Source of the DNA: Octopus bimaculoides | Lineage: Eukaryota | Direction of reading: 5' to 3' | Length of the DNA stretch: 64,000 bases | NCBI RefSeq assembly: GCF_001194135.2 | Contig: NC_068994.1 | Location: 47,375,369 to 47,439,368, forward strand | Part shown: piece by piece, positions 1 through 12,320 of the stretch | Layout of the letters: every line of letters begins with the position of its first letter | How positions within the stretch are numbered: the stretch's first letter is position 1 | Notes under the pieces: generated by a model | What the model was told of the DNA's origin: nothing | Seen by the model: the letters and a program-made list of their open reading frames with translations, nothing else | The model's database searches: none | Program-made: the position numbers and the translations under genes

Positions 1-337
1 CAAAGGCTGGAGCAGTTTGAATGGGAAACAATGCCCCACCCACCATATTCGCCAGACATTGCCCCATCTGATTATCATTTATTCTGCAGTCTTCAAACTC
101 ATTTGGACAGAAAAATATGAACTCTGTAGATGAGGTCAGAACAGTACTAGGGGAGTATTTTTTGTCATGGACAAGTGAATTTTGGAACAAGAACCTTGCA
201 AATCCACCAGATAGATGGAAGAGCATTGTAGAAAATGAAGGAGAGTATATTTTAGATTAAAAAAGAAATTTGTTATCTTAATTTTCAAAAATAAAAGAGG
301 TATAAAAAAACCACATTATTTATGGGATGACCCAATA
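1..337 (+). mobile_element. Mariner (Tc1/mariner) transposon 3' end: decayed transposase C-terminus plus right TIR
   Basis: Frame 1 reads QRLEQFEWETMPHPPYSPDIAPSDYHLFCSLQTHL (mariner YSPDLAPSD motif). After a frameshift it continues NMNSVDEVRTVLGEYF...DRWKSIVENEGEYILD* (stop 258-260). 311-337 CCACATTATTTATGGGATGACCCAATA is a mariner-like TIR ending in TA. Confidence 0.9.
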
Positions 338-473
338 TGATACATACATACACACACACAATAAAATAAGCCCTTGATTGAAACTGTTCTAACAGACCCT
401 TTTACATAGGTATATTTTCCCTTTGTTTATTTTTCAGTGACCCCCTTGACTAGTGATGATTTGATGTATTCAG

Positions 474-575
474 TTATCTCAAACACCCAATCAACAAACA
501 GTTGGCTGCAATGTGGCTATGGATTGTAATGAAAATAGTACAGAGAAACATAATGGTCATGTGATAACGTCTAAG
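474..575 (+). CDS. Candidate exon of an unknown gene (..MDCNENSTEKHNGHVITSK)
   Basis: Acceptors TTTTCAG (431-437) or TTCAG (469-473); donor AAG|GTAAGG at 575/576; open frame from 474, ATG at 519. No homology recognised. Confidence 0.25.
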
Positions 576-689
576 GTAAGGTAAATTCTTAGTTCTCTCT
601 CTCTTTCTTTGACTCTTAACTGCTAATTCAACAGAGGTGGGGGGTCTCTACACCCCTTACCTGCTTGATTGTTGTATGTTACTCACCTT

Positions 690-862
690 ACACACACACA
701 CACACACACACGAATTACCTTCATCTCTCTCTCTGTGTCTCTCTCTCTCTCTGTGTCTCTCTCTCTCTGTGTCTCTCTCTCTCTGTGTCTCTCTCTCTCT
801 GTGTCTCTCTCTCTCTCTCTGTGTCTCTCTCTGTGTCTCTCTCTCTCTGTGTCTCTCTCTCT
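690..862. repeat. (CA)n plus compound (TC)n/TG microsatellite
   Basis: Directly visible; accounts for ORFs 637-950. Confidence 0.95.
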
Positions 863-1276
863 CATTCTCACACTAAAGATACTTTACCTAAGTCTTTTCT
901 CTCTAGAATTGCATCTCTCTGAACCTCCTGCCTACTCTAATATACCTTAACTACACACAGCATTTCAAATTGAACAACAAATCTATATTATCATAACAAG
1001 ATTGAAGAAAATATTCTAGAAAATGTACTTAGTACTCATTTCCACTCTCTACATCTCAGTGAGAAATTTATGTATTTATCACACTGGCAAAAAGTTGCAA
1101 AGGTTGGGAGGAAGTGTGGTTATTGTTTGAACCTTGAATCAATCCCCAGAGCATAACTGGTACTTATTAACTAAATATAATGTCTCCCTTCTCTACTGCA
1201 TTCAAATCTTTTACTTGTTTGAGTCATTAGACTCAGGCCATGCTGGGGCACTGCCTTGAAGAATTTATGTATATAT

Positions 1277-1316
<40 letters not shown>

Positions 1317-2081
1317 GTGTGTGTGTGTGTGTGTGTGTATATGTATGTTTATATATATGTGTATATATATATGTATGTATATATGTATATATATATATAC
1401 ATATATATATACATATGTATATATATATATATATAACAATTGCAGCGTGGAAGGTGTTTATAAGCCATTTAAAATAACACACAAAATCCGTTAGATTCAC
1501 TTCAACATTTAAATTTAATTTGTCAAAATATTTTCGTCGCTTTGAGACCGCGACCTGTATATATGATATATGATATATGTATATATGATATATGTATATG
1601 TATTTATATATGATATAAGATACAGGAAATGCTTTAACCCTCTTTGCAATGGGGCGATACTCTGAATGTTGGTGGCATGAGAAAAACACACCTAGTCAAC
1701 ACTGCAAGATGTGCACAGCACCAAAGTTGGCGAGGTTTTCTCTGTGTCTCAGTGTTGCATGATGATGCAGACGATTACAGCCTATCTGACCTGTACCAAC
1801 ATGACAGATATGAAATGACAATGCTGATGATGATGATGATGACGACGACGACGAAGACGACAATGTGTGTGTGTGTGTGTGTGCGTGCTTGAGCAAAATA
1901 CTTCATGTTGCCCCAGTAAAAGTGAGTAATCCTGTGACTGACCAATGTTTCATCCAGGAAGGAATATCTGCACCAGAAAAATCTAGAAAACTGGCCCTGT
2001 GTTTCTTACAGAGTAATGTAGACTAACCATGTATGTATGTGCATGTATGCTGTGTGTATGTTCTATGTATATGTATGTACA

Positions 2082-2248
2082 TAGGCGCAGCAGTGGCTGT
2101 GTGGTAAGTAGCTTGCTTACCAACCACATGGTTCTGGGTTCATTCCCACTGCATGGCACCTTGGGCGAGTGTCTTCTACTATAGCCTTGGGCTGACCAAA
2201 GCCTTGTGAGTGGATTTGGTAGACGGAAACTGAAAGAAGCCTGTCGTA

Positions 2249-2301
<53 letters not shown>

Positions 2302-2520
2302 GTGTCTGTGTTTGTCCCCCCAACATTGCTTGACAACCGATGGTGGTGTGTTTACGTCCCCGTAACTTAGTGGTTCGGCAAAAGAGACCGATAGAATAAG
2401 TACTAGGCATCCAAAGAATAAGTCCTGGGGTCGATTTGCTCAACTAAAGGCGGTGCTCCAGCATGGCCACAGTCAAATGACTGAAATAAGTAAAAGAGTA
2501 GAAAAGAGTAAAAGAGAGTA
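2082..2520 (+). mobile_element. SINE family A, full length (tRNA-like head, CORE-like segment, internal (TA)n, 3' module)
   Basis: Head TAGGCGCAGCAGTGGCTGTGTGGTAAG...GGGTTCATTCCC (A/B-box-like); GCACCTTGGGCGAGTGTCTT resembles the CORE motif; more than 8 related copies in the window. Confidence 0.9.
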
Positions 2521-3029
2521 CCTATATGTGTATGAATGTATGTATATATGTTTGTATGAATGTAAGTATACATGTTTACATATATGTGTATGTATGTATG
2601 TGTGTGTTTGTGTAGATGCATGTATGCACACATGTTAATACATTCATACATACACTTCTCCTTCTTTCGTTATCACCATCTTTCCAGTATAAAAACCAAA
2701 CAAAAAAAAAAAACTCTAGTTTGTTAAGCTTTTCTAGAAATATGCTAAATCTTAAGAATTTTCTGAGCTGCCTGCCACTTTATACTTAACCCTCAAGATA
2801 TGTCTGCATTTTGGAACCTGTGCCAAAAAAATAAACTGGGAAAAAACCTAAAAACCTGTAAAAAAAGGAAGGAAAGAAAGAAGAAAGAAAAAGTAAGACA
2901 TAGACCTTCTTTCTTGTATTGAATCTTCTCTCCCTTCAGATAGAGTAGAAAAGTAAAGAAAGATCTCATTTTAAGAGGCCCAGGATAGTAAATGAGAAAG
3001 ACAGGTGTTTCAGAACATGTGAGATTTAC

Positions 3030-3206
3030 ATACAAACAGATACATACGTATGCATACATGTCCACATGCAAGCACACACCCATTCATTCATTCACACACA
3101 CACACACACATACATACATACATACAAAGATTCACATATACATACCTTTACACACATGCATCATCAGATTCTTCAATGTAGGCATCCTGACACACACATA
3201 TACACA

Positions 3207-3251
<45 letters not shown>

Positions 3252-3610
3252 GTTTGAAAATACACATATACATTCACATGTGTGTATGTGTTTTTCTGTG
3301 TACACAGATATACTTACATAGATATGTATATACTAACCTACAGACATGCAGTCACACACACGTGTGTGTGTGTGTGTGTGTGTGTACATACACAAACATA
3401 CACACTTAGAGTGATGCATGCATAAGCATAAGTACAAGTGTACATGCATGCATTCAGGTTCTTAGAAAACTATGTTTCCCTGTGCATATTTACACACACA
3501 CACACACACACATGCACACGCACACACACACACACACACAGACACACACACACAGACACGCACGTGCACGCACGCACACACACACGTGCACACACAGATA
3601 CACACTCAGA
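3030..3610. repeat. (CA)n/(TG)n-rich low-complexity tract
   Basis: Directly visible. Confidence 0.9.
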
Positions 3611-4039
3611 CACACTTCTCACCAAGTGTGATATTCAAAAACCTCTTCAAATTAGCTACAAAAAGACACGTTCCCCTCCCATTCCCCTCCCCGCCTGCCC
3701 CTTTGTGACCCTCAAGGTCAGTTGATTTATTTGTGTTTTAGAGAGGTTGTGTTGGCACAGATGTTAAGAACAGTGGAAGAGATGATGTTTGTTAGTAACA
3801 TTGTTTTTGGTAATGGGAATGAATGAGATGGTAGTGTGCCAGAATTCATTACACTGGATATTTTTTTCCTGCAGTTTTGAAGTTCTGAGTTCAAATCTCA
3901 CCTTGGTAAGATTGGTAAGAATTAGTGGCACACTGAACAAAAGGCTGTGTGGTATTTAGTTAGGTTCTCTGTAAAAGTAGCAGTTAAAAATTCCATCATA
4001 GCCAGCCTTCTGTTTTCATCCTACCATGGTCTATACTTC

Positions 4040-4315
4040 CAAGTTACATCTCATGGATGCTCTTAGATTCACCATCTTAGGGAGTTTTGTGTTTCTCAAC
4101 ATCAAATCCCTCACCCAGTTGACTCAGCTGGCATTGGTGAAGTCTCAGCTTGCCTCCCAGTAGCAGCAAATCACCAGTCTGCCCATTTATCCAAAGCCAG
4201 CTAGTGGCCTTCTTTGCAGCTTCATTGATGGAATTTATGGCCCTTCTCTTTACTGCACCAGTAATTCCAAGCCTAGCCAGAGCTTTGCACAACGAACACC
4301 CTTCCACCTTGGCCA
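4040..4315 (-). mobile_element. 5'-truncated RLE-type non-LTR retrotransposon (HERO-like) 3' end
   Basis: Minus frame EGCSLCKALARLGITGAVKRRAINSINEAAKKATSWLWI matches the recalled C-terminus of HERO-clade ORFs. It is followed by a 3'UTR-like CAGCTGAGTCAACTGGGTGAGGGATTTGATGTTGAGAAAC. Clade assignment is from memory. Confidence 0.7.
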
Positions 4316-5204
4316 AATTTCTGTTTTCAGCCTTCCAGAAGCTTTAAAATACATAGCAGTTAAATACTAGTGCCAATTAAATCAACTGTGCCTCTCCCCA
4401 GCTAAACTTATTATCAAAGTGATGAAATATCAGTAATAATATTTCTAAATTGAAATGTTTTGTGTTTTTTAGTTACATCTTGTTTATATTCTGAGTTCAA
4501 ATCCTGTTAAAGTGGAATATTTCTTTTATCCTCCTGGGGTTGAATAAAATAAAATTTAAAGATATATTAGATTTGGTTTGATTGACCAAAACCTTTTTCA
4601 TACAATATCTGTAGTCTTATTCCAAAGCTCTAAAACATCATCATCATTTAATGTCCTTACTCTATACTCAGTGGAATACAAGACAACCTCACAAAGACTG
4701 GTGTTATGATAAAATGTGCCCTGTACACTCTGTAAAGTGGTTGGCTAATGAGCAAAAACCTGGAAGGGTCAGGGAGACCCTTTAATTTTGTCAAAGACAT
4801 GACAACTTGTCTAATGCTAATGCCACAATAAAATGCACTCAGCATACTGTGTAAAATGGTTGGTGCTAGGAAAGATATCCAGCCATTCAAAACCATACCA
4901 AAAATAGAATTTATGAATGTGGCAGGATTCTTGATCCATTTTGGAGCACAGTTACTTCAAAGAACTGACTTGGATTGTGTTGACCTGTCACAGAAAGTCA
5001 ATGTAAAACATCAATAACGATGTAATTTGAGGTATAATTTGGCTGCTACAACTAGCTGGTCAAGTGATTGTATAGAGTGCTTCAATAATGGACCAAGAAA
5101 ACATTATTAAATGGTAGTGAGTTAGCAGAATGATTTTACTGTCTTTAATGCCATGGCTCATATATTCCAGACTTCATCCAACTGAAAATTAACAAAATAG
5201 TTAC

Positions 5205-5423
5205 AAGGCAGCAAGCTAGCAGAATTGTTAGCATGCCAGCCAATATGCTTAGTGGTATTTCATCCATTTTTACATTCTGAGTTCAAATTCTGTTGAGGTC
5301 GACTTTACCTTTCATCCTTTCGGGGTTGATAAAATAAGTACTAGTTGAGCACTGGGGTCAATGTAATTGATTTACCGCTTCCCCTGAAATTGCTGGCCTT
5401 GTATGAAAATTTGAAACCAGTAT
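5205..5423 (+). mobile_element. SINE family D
   Basis: AAGGCAGCAAGCTAGCAGAAT...CTGAGTTCAAATTC...GTCGACTTTACCTTTCATCCTTTCGGGGTTGATAAAATAAGTAC; more than 25 related copies or fragments in the window. Confidence 0.9.
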
Positions 5424-5657
5424 AACGGACACATGCATTTGTGTGTTGTTTAACTTTTGGGTAAACAGATTTATGATTAAAAGTATTCCAACCACGACCG
5501 TCCCTTATTACTTTCAAACATAATGTATCTGGTTGAACATTATTCATTGTAGTCTTTTGTAATATTTTATTTTTAGCTGAAAGGTTGTGATTTTTGAGAT
5601 TTAGCTACTAATTCTAGCTGATCAAATAACCATGTTGAGGTGCCTTCATTTGTTCAT

Positions 5658-5704
<47 letters not shown>

Positions 5705-5983
5705 TATTTTAGATAGGTTTATGGGTGGGCGTATGTAGACTGATTGTTGTCATTAATGACGTAATGTTAGTTGTAGGGTAGGGGAAGATAACTGGGTACA
5801 GGTTTCATTCACTTTAATATAAACATATCACATCCCACTCCAATGTAAATAAAGGAATTGTTACTCATAATTTGAGTCAGTCAGTTTTCTTCTTACTCAT
5901 TTTTTTTTTGTTCATTTTTCCTTGTCTACTTCCTTTTCTTTTTCACATCTGCTGTCTTCCTCCTCCTCATCCTCTTGACTTCT

Positions 5984-6046
<63 letters not shown>

Positions 6047-6147
6047 CTTCTCCTTTTCCTTCTTTTCCTCCTCCTCCTCCCTTTCTTTCTTTCTTTCTTT
6101 TGCTTCTTCTTCCTCCTGTAATTGTCAATATTATCATCATTATCATT

Positions 6148-6374
6148 AAGGCCGTGAGCTGGCAGAATTGTTAGTGTGCTGGACCAAATGCAGAGCGGTA
6201 TTTCACCCATTGCTATGTCCTGAGTTCAAATTCTGCCGAGGTCGACTTTGCCTTTCATCCTTTCGGGGTTGATAAATTAAGTACCAGTGAAACACTGGGG
6301 TCGATATAATCGACTAGTCCCCACCCAACAAATTTGAGGTCTTGCACCTCCAGTGGAAAGGATTATTATTATTA

Positions 6375-6428
<54 letters not shown>

Positions 6429-6560
6429 GCCAAGGTCAACTTTACCTTTCATCCTTTAATTCCATAAAATAAAATAAAGTACCTGTCAAGTACTATGGTT
6501 GACAGCACCAACTAATCCCCTCCCCTCAAAAATAGCTGGTTTTGTGCCTAAATTAGAAAC
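6148..6560 (+). mobile_element. Two SINE D copies (6148-6362 full, 6428-6560 5'-truncated) joined by (ATT)n
   Basis: Same D motifs; (ATT)n tract at about 6362-6427. Confidence 0.85.
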
Positions 6561-6690
6561 CATTATTATTATTACTTTTTTTTATGAGTGAGTGTGATTA
6601 TGTATCTGCCTGCTTTTATGTATATGTTTGTGTCTATGGGTAGACATATGTAAACTCACAGACACGTGTGTGTGTATCTGTGTGTGTGTA

Positions 6691-6840
6691 TAAATTTGTG
6701 TATGTATGTCTATATGTATATATGTATGTGCATGTTGTATATGTATGTATGTATGTTTGTGTGTGTGTGTGTGTGTATAAATTTGTGTATGTATGTCTAT
6801 ATGTATATATGTATGTGCATGTTGTATATGTATGTATGTA

Positions 6841-6864
<24 letters not shown>
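6691..6864. repeat. 87-bp tandem duplication within TG/TA low-complexity DNA
   Basis: TAAATTTGTGTATGTATGTCTATATG... starts at 6691 and again at 6778. Confidence 0.85.
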
Positions 6865-6871
<7 letters not shown>

Positions 6872-7069
6872 ATTTATATGTGCATATACTTATATGTACT
6901 TTCATATGTTGGCATATAAGAGTATATGTATGAATAAATTTAAGCATTTATGTACATATGCAACTCTGTATACATACGTATATTGTGTGCCTTGTTATAT
7001 AAATGTTGATTTCTGTATTAAAACCTTAACATATTTATTCATATACAAATATGTTTACATGTGTGTGTA

Positions 7070-7118
<49 letters not shown>

Positions 7119-8149
7119 NNNNNNNNNNAAAGCATAGGAATCGAATGATCTCATTGATGTGCAATTTCCTTATCCCTTCTCCCCCCCCCACCCACTGCAA
7201 AAAAATACTGTTAAAGCTGTCTCAACAATGAATTAAAAGAAACGAGATACACATACACAAACTTTGTAAATGCCTGCATGATTTAGCTGCAATATTGTGA
7301 CCTACCTGTAATGCCAATCCTATTTATTCTATATTTCTCCTCCCACCAACTCCACTTCCTACTTCTTTGAGATATGATTTTTTTTCTTTTTACTGTCTAA
7401 AGTGGAATACTTGTAGCTATGTTTATGTTGTAGTGGACGACTGGAATACCTGATTAGATATGAAATTATGAGGTTCTGTCTTATTTAGATCCAACCAACA
7501 AGGAAATAAGTTGACTGTGTTGTGATATGAAGGTAATATTGATTTTGTGTATATGATATTGTGTGTATATGATATTGTGTGTATATGATATCCTAACATA
7601 TGATGTTATCATGGCTTGTGTGGGAATTGTATTTAAATCAGGGTAAACTCACTCTTACTGAAATGTCAGCCTCACTCTATGGTCAGGGGTAAGACAAAGT
7701 CAAGGTGGTTTAAGGTAGACAGGGACACAATAGATGACCAAGACTTCACAACGCTTAGTGAAACTGCTTTTTTTTTTTTTTACCCCTGGATTTATTGTTC
7801 TTGTTTGCTCTGTTTCCTAGAATTCAGTATTCACATGTTCAGATATACACATAACTCACCAACAGTTTGAGACCTGACAACTATCCTCATTGTGCTTAGT
7901 TTGTTTGTCAAAATAGTTTACCACAGTATGGCCATTGCACATGTTATAGCCTTTTGGGGCCACAGGTGAAGTGCTGGGTGTCAAACCTAGACCAAAGGGG
8001 GATAATTTATTCTGGAGGTTTCCAACAACGGATTTGACCAATGGTGTTACCCCTCCTTGAACATCTTAATGGTGCAATATGCTATGTCTGTGGGAGGATA
8101 TCACATGATACTGATAGTTGTATATATCATATTACGATATACTATAACT

Positions 8150-8337
8150 CTGTGTGTGTTTTTGTGCTTTCTCTTCTTGACTACACATGATAGTTGTAAA
8201 TGAGTATCAAGCAGTGTTTTTCATTTCAAATCTTCCATGAAAACATCTTTGGTCATGGGTAAATACTACTTTACTTGGAAACAGGCAGGAGGAGTACTGG
8301 TCCATTGAAAATCTGCTTCAGTGAATTCTGTTTGACC

Positions 8338-8405
<68 letters not shown>

Positions 8406-8590
8406 TATCAGTTAATTTTTATTTAACATCCACTTTCTTATATGTGCATCAGACAATTCACTGATTATATTTCCATCAACCATGCCAGACTGGAGCCTGG
8501 CACAGCTCTCCGGCTTACCAGTTCCACTCAAACCATTTAACCCATGCCAACATGGAAAGCAGATGTTAAAAGATGATGATGGTGATGATA
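8150..8590 (+). mobile_element. Family E2 fragment (8150-8345) and family E 3' end (8475-8590) with (GAT)n tail
   Basis: Shares blocks with 22960-23155, 45125-45350 and 36625-36778; ends CCCATGCCAACATGGAAAGCAGATGTTAAAAGATGATGAT. Confidence 0.7.
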
Positions 8591-9305
8591 TATATGATAT
8601 TGCAGTTAAATGATGTGGTATAATAATCTAGGTAATAGTGGTATATCTATAATCCTTCAATATACCATGACTGTTGTGTACTATCTACATAATATTTGAT
8701 AACTGGATATTATACACCACATTCTCAGTATATGAGGTGTTCTCTATCTTTTATCACTAGAGCCTCTGTCTTTAACTTGTGTGGCTTTCATCTTTAGATC
8801 ATCTGAGATTTAGTACAGATTTTCTTGACTACTGTTGCCAGGTATCCTGAGATGTTGCAAACACCTTCTTACCAAAACACCACTTTGCAATGGGAATAGT
8901 GGGGGAAGATCCTGGTTAGTATCAGGGGGGACTGGAATACCTACAAGGAAGAGGAAGGGAAGAATATGTATAATTGAGGTGGTGGAAAGGGGAGGGAGAA
9001 TACCATTAAGGAGTAGACAGGGAAGAATACCAAGATGGTGGTGGAGGAGGAAAAATACCATCAGTGTAGAGGTGGGGCAGGGAGGTGTAAGGGAAGACAG
9101 AATACCATCAAAGAGGAATAGGTGGTGGGAGTACCATTAACAAGGAGGTTGTGGCGAGCGAAAATTAGTGCCATCAAGGCTTCAATTCTGGTAAATAACT
9201 CGTGCATTATTGCCCTCTTTTTTCACAATAATTTTTTCAAGGATAGCAATAATGGTAATTCCAACATGAAGATGCCTTTCTTCCTTCCTTCTCAACCCTG
9301 AATCT

Positions 9306-9385
9306 CAACCCCCTACCTGAACCGTGTACTTCACCACCCTTGCTTTGCGTAGGGTGGTGAAGTACACGGTTCAGGTAGGGGGTTG
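9306..9385. repeat. Perfect inverted repeat, 35-bp arms with 10-nt spacer
   Basis: 9306-9340 CAACCCCCTACCTGAACCGTGTACTTCACCACCCT is the exact reverse complement of 9351-9385; spacer TGCTTTGCGT. Confidence 0.95.
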
Positions 9386-9475
9386 GTGATGATGGTGATA
9401 GTTACAAGAGTAAGGATTATGATGATGAGGAGGAAGATAAGGATGGAAAAGTCAGGATGAACCCTTCATTAGCTA

Positions 9476-9514
<39 letters not shown>

Positions 9515-10052
9515 GATGTTAGGGTAGTTATTGGATATCTTTCTATACATGGAAGACTGTGGGGTGGGGGATGGGGAGAAGGGTGAAGGAGACAACAGTG
9601 AAGAAGTACCCAGGTATGTGAGTCCTCCGAACCCACCCTCACATTCCTGTGGTAGGGTAGGAGGATCAGTGCTGAGCTGGGATTGAATCAGCTGACATGA
9701 AGTAATTTAATGTGAACTTGTGATGGTGCAGCTAATGATGTTAGTAATGGTGACATTGGTGGTGGTGGTGGTGGTGGTGATGGGCCATGGTAGAAATAAG
9801 GGTGGTGGTGGTGGTGGTGGTGGTGATGATGGTGGGGAGTCATGCCATTGGTACTATTTTTGATGGTAGTGATGATAATGATAGTGGTTGACAGGTGATG
9901 GTGGTGGCAGTAGTGGATATATATATATATGTAAAGGAGTTTCCTGTGGTACCTGATATTCTATATTGTTTTACTGAAAAAGTTTAGCATAATTAAGCAC
10001 TGTATGTGTGTGTGTGTGTGTTGTGAATTTACGAGAGTATATTGTGAGGCAG

Positions 10053-10440
10053 GTGGAGGCGCAATGGCCCAATGGTTAGGGCAGCGGACTTGCGGTCATA
10101 GGATTGCGGTTTTGATTCTCAGGCCGGGCGTTGTGAGTGTTTATTGAGCGAAAACACCTAAAAAGTTCCACGAGGCTCCGGCAGGGGATGGTGGTGAACC
10201 TTGCTGTACTCTTCCACCACAACTTTCTCTCACTCTTACTTCCTGTTTCTGTTGTACCTGTAATTCAAAGGGTCAACCTTGTCACACTGTGTCACGCTGA
10301 ATATCCCCGAGAACTACGTTAAGGGTACACGTGTCTGTGGAGCGCTCAGCCACTTGCACGTTAATTTCACGAGCAGACTGTTCTGTTGATCGGATCAACT
10401 GGAATCCTCAACGTCGTAAGCGACGGAGTGCCAACAACAA
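10053..10440 (+). mobile_element. SINE family B, full length, tRNA-derived
   Basis: Head GTGGAGGCGCAATGGCCCAATGGTTAGG...GGTTTTGATTCTC (A/B boxes); (CAA)n tail; 12-bp TSD ATTGTGAGGCAG at 10041-10052 and 10441-10452. Confidence 0.95.
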
Positions 10441-10619
10441 ATTGTGAGGCAGACTAATGGAATAACATGTAGAGTGATGGTGGAAGAGAGAAGACCAGTA
10501 AAAGTGAAAAGTCGCTGTAGAGTAAGCAAGATGAAGTCTGAAATAGGATTGTGTGTGTAGTGATGGGGGGAGGAGTGATGGTTGTGATAGTAGCGGTAGT
10601 AGTAATATTACAGGTAGTT

Positions 10620-10840
10620 AAGGTGGCAAACTAACAGAATCATTAGCAAGCCAGGCAAAATGCTTGGCAGCATTTTGTCCATCTTTCCATTCTGAGTTCA
10701 AATTCCACAGAGCTCAACTTTGTTTTGCATCCTTTTGGGGGTTGATAAAATAGGTACCAGCTGAGTACTGGGGTCGATTTTATTGAATTTTTCTAATCTC
10801 CAAAATTGCTGGCCTTGTGCTTAAAATTCGAAATCAGTAT
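10620..10840 (+). mobile_element. SINE family D
   Basis: D head, core and CAAAATTGCTGGCCTTGTGC tail. Confidence 0.85.
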
Positions 10841-11029
10841 TGCAGGTAGTTATATTTATAACATCGGTAGTGGTAGTGTGGATAGTTGGAGGAGACACAT
10901 TCATCATACTGCACCAATCGATGTTGGAATCATAGGAGGCTAATGATGTTCAATGGATGGTTATTTGATCCACCACCTATACTTACAACCTTGATTTATT
11001 GAAGGGGTGAAGTACTTGCTCAACAACAT

Positions 11030-11232
11030 GGTACAAGGCCAGAAGTTGGAGGAAGCGAATAAGTCTATTGTATTGGCTTCAGGGCTCAACTGATGTTTAT
11101 TTTATTGACCCCCAAAAGGATGAAAGGCAAAGTTGACCTCAGTGGAATTTGAACTCAGAATGTAAGGATGGATGGCATGCCTCTAAGCATTTTGTCCAGA
11201 CTGCTTATAATTCTGCCAGCTCACCATCTTAA
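11030..11232 (-). mobile_element. SINE family D
   Basis: Reverse-complement D: GGATGAAAGGCAAAGTTGACCTC..GAATTTGAACTCAGAA..TTCTGCCAGCTCACC. Confidence 0.85.
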
Positions 11233-11499
11233 CTCCTGCCAAAATATTGCCATGCCCCACCTGTAGGGCAGGCACCACACCTTGAGAAATACTGATGAAG
11301 AGGGTCCTTTTTGGTTTAACTTGTCCTTCTTTTTCCCAGAAAAGCTTCTACTCTCTAATAAGCAAGTTTTCACTGACTTACACTTTTCTACTTTTGATCC
11401 AGTATCAAGCATTGAATCACCATCACCTCAACTCCTTCCACCCCTACTATATATTATCTACAATTAAAATGGCCTAGTGGACGGATATGACATAGATCT

Positions 11500-11883
11500 G
11501 TTGTTGGCACTCCATCACTTACGACGTCGAGGGTTCCAGTCGATCCGATCAACGGAACAGCCTGCTCGTGAAATTAACATGCAAGTGGCTGAGCACTCCA
11601 CAGGCACGTGTACCCTTAACGTAGTTCTCGGGGATATTCAGCGTGACACAGTGTGACAAGGCTGACCCTTTGAATTACAGGTACAACAGAAACAGGAAGT
11701 AAGAGTGAGAGAAAGTTGTGGTGAAAGAGTTCAGCAGGGTTCGCCACCATCTCCTGCCGGAGCCTCGTGCAGCTTTAGGTGTTTTCGCTCAATAAACACT
11801 CACAACGCCTTGTCTGGGAATCGAAACCATGATCCTATGACCGCGAATCCACTGCCCTAACCACTGGGCCATTGCGCCTCCAC
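11500..11883 (-). mobile_element. SINE family B, full length
   Basis: Reverse complement of 10053-10440 (about 90% identical by eye); 12-bp TSD TGACATAGATCT at 11488-11499 and 11884-11895. Confidence 0.95.
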
Positions 11884-12065
11884 TGACATAGATCTATCAG
11901 CATCTAAATCAGTGGTTCTCAGCTGGAGTTCATATAAAATTTTGCGGGGCCCACATAAATAAAATACTCTAATTTAGATTATATCATCCAATGTAACCTT
12001 GTTAATGTCAACAGCACATAGTTTAAGAGAGATTTGGCTGCTATTTTTTGCAGATCAAGTAACCA

Positions 12066-12320
12066 CATCATCATCATTCATCATCATCGTTTAATGTCCG
12101 CCTTCCATGATGGCATTGGTTGGATGCTTTGACAGGAGCTGGCCAGGCAGAAGACTGCACCAGACTTCTGTGTCTGTTTTGGTATGGTTTTTATGGCTGG
12201 GTACCCTTCCTAACACCAGCCACTCTGCAGAGTAGACAGTGCTTTTTATGTGGCACCAGCACAAGTGAGGTAAACTTTGGCATGGTTTTTGCAGCTTGAT
12301 GCTCTTCCAAAAGCCAATAA
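12066..12320 (-). mobile_element. Family E retroposon 3' end with (GAT)n tail
   Basis: CATCATCATCGTTTAATGTCCGCCTTCCATG... shared with 21000, 30078, 31078 and 46928. Confidence 0.8.

Noticed and set aside
7860-8087. Minus-strand exon with CCCACAG acceptor and GTGAGT donor
   Set aside because: All three frames from the acceptor contain stops.
10053-10125. tRNA gene (also the heads at 2082, 15393, 18791, 55220)
   Set aside because: The tRNA-like heads continue into shared SINE bodies, several with TSDs, and lack a full cloverleaf acceptor stem.
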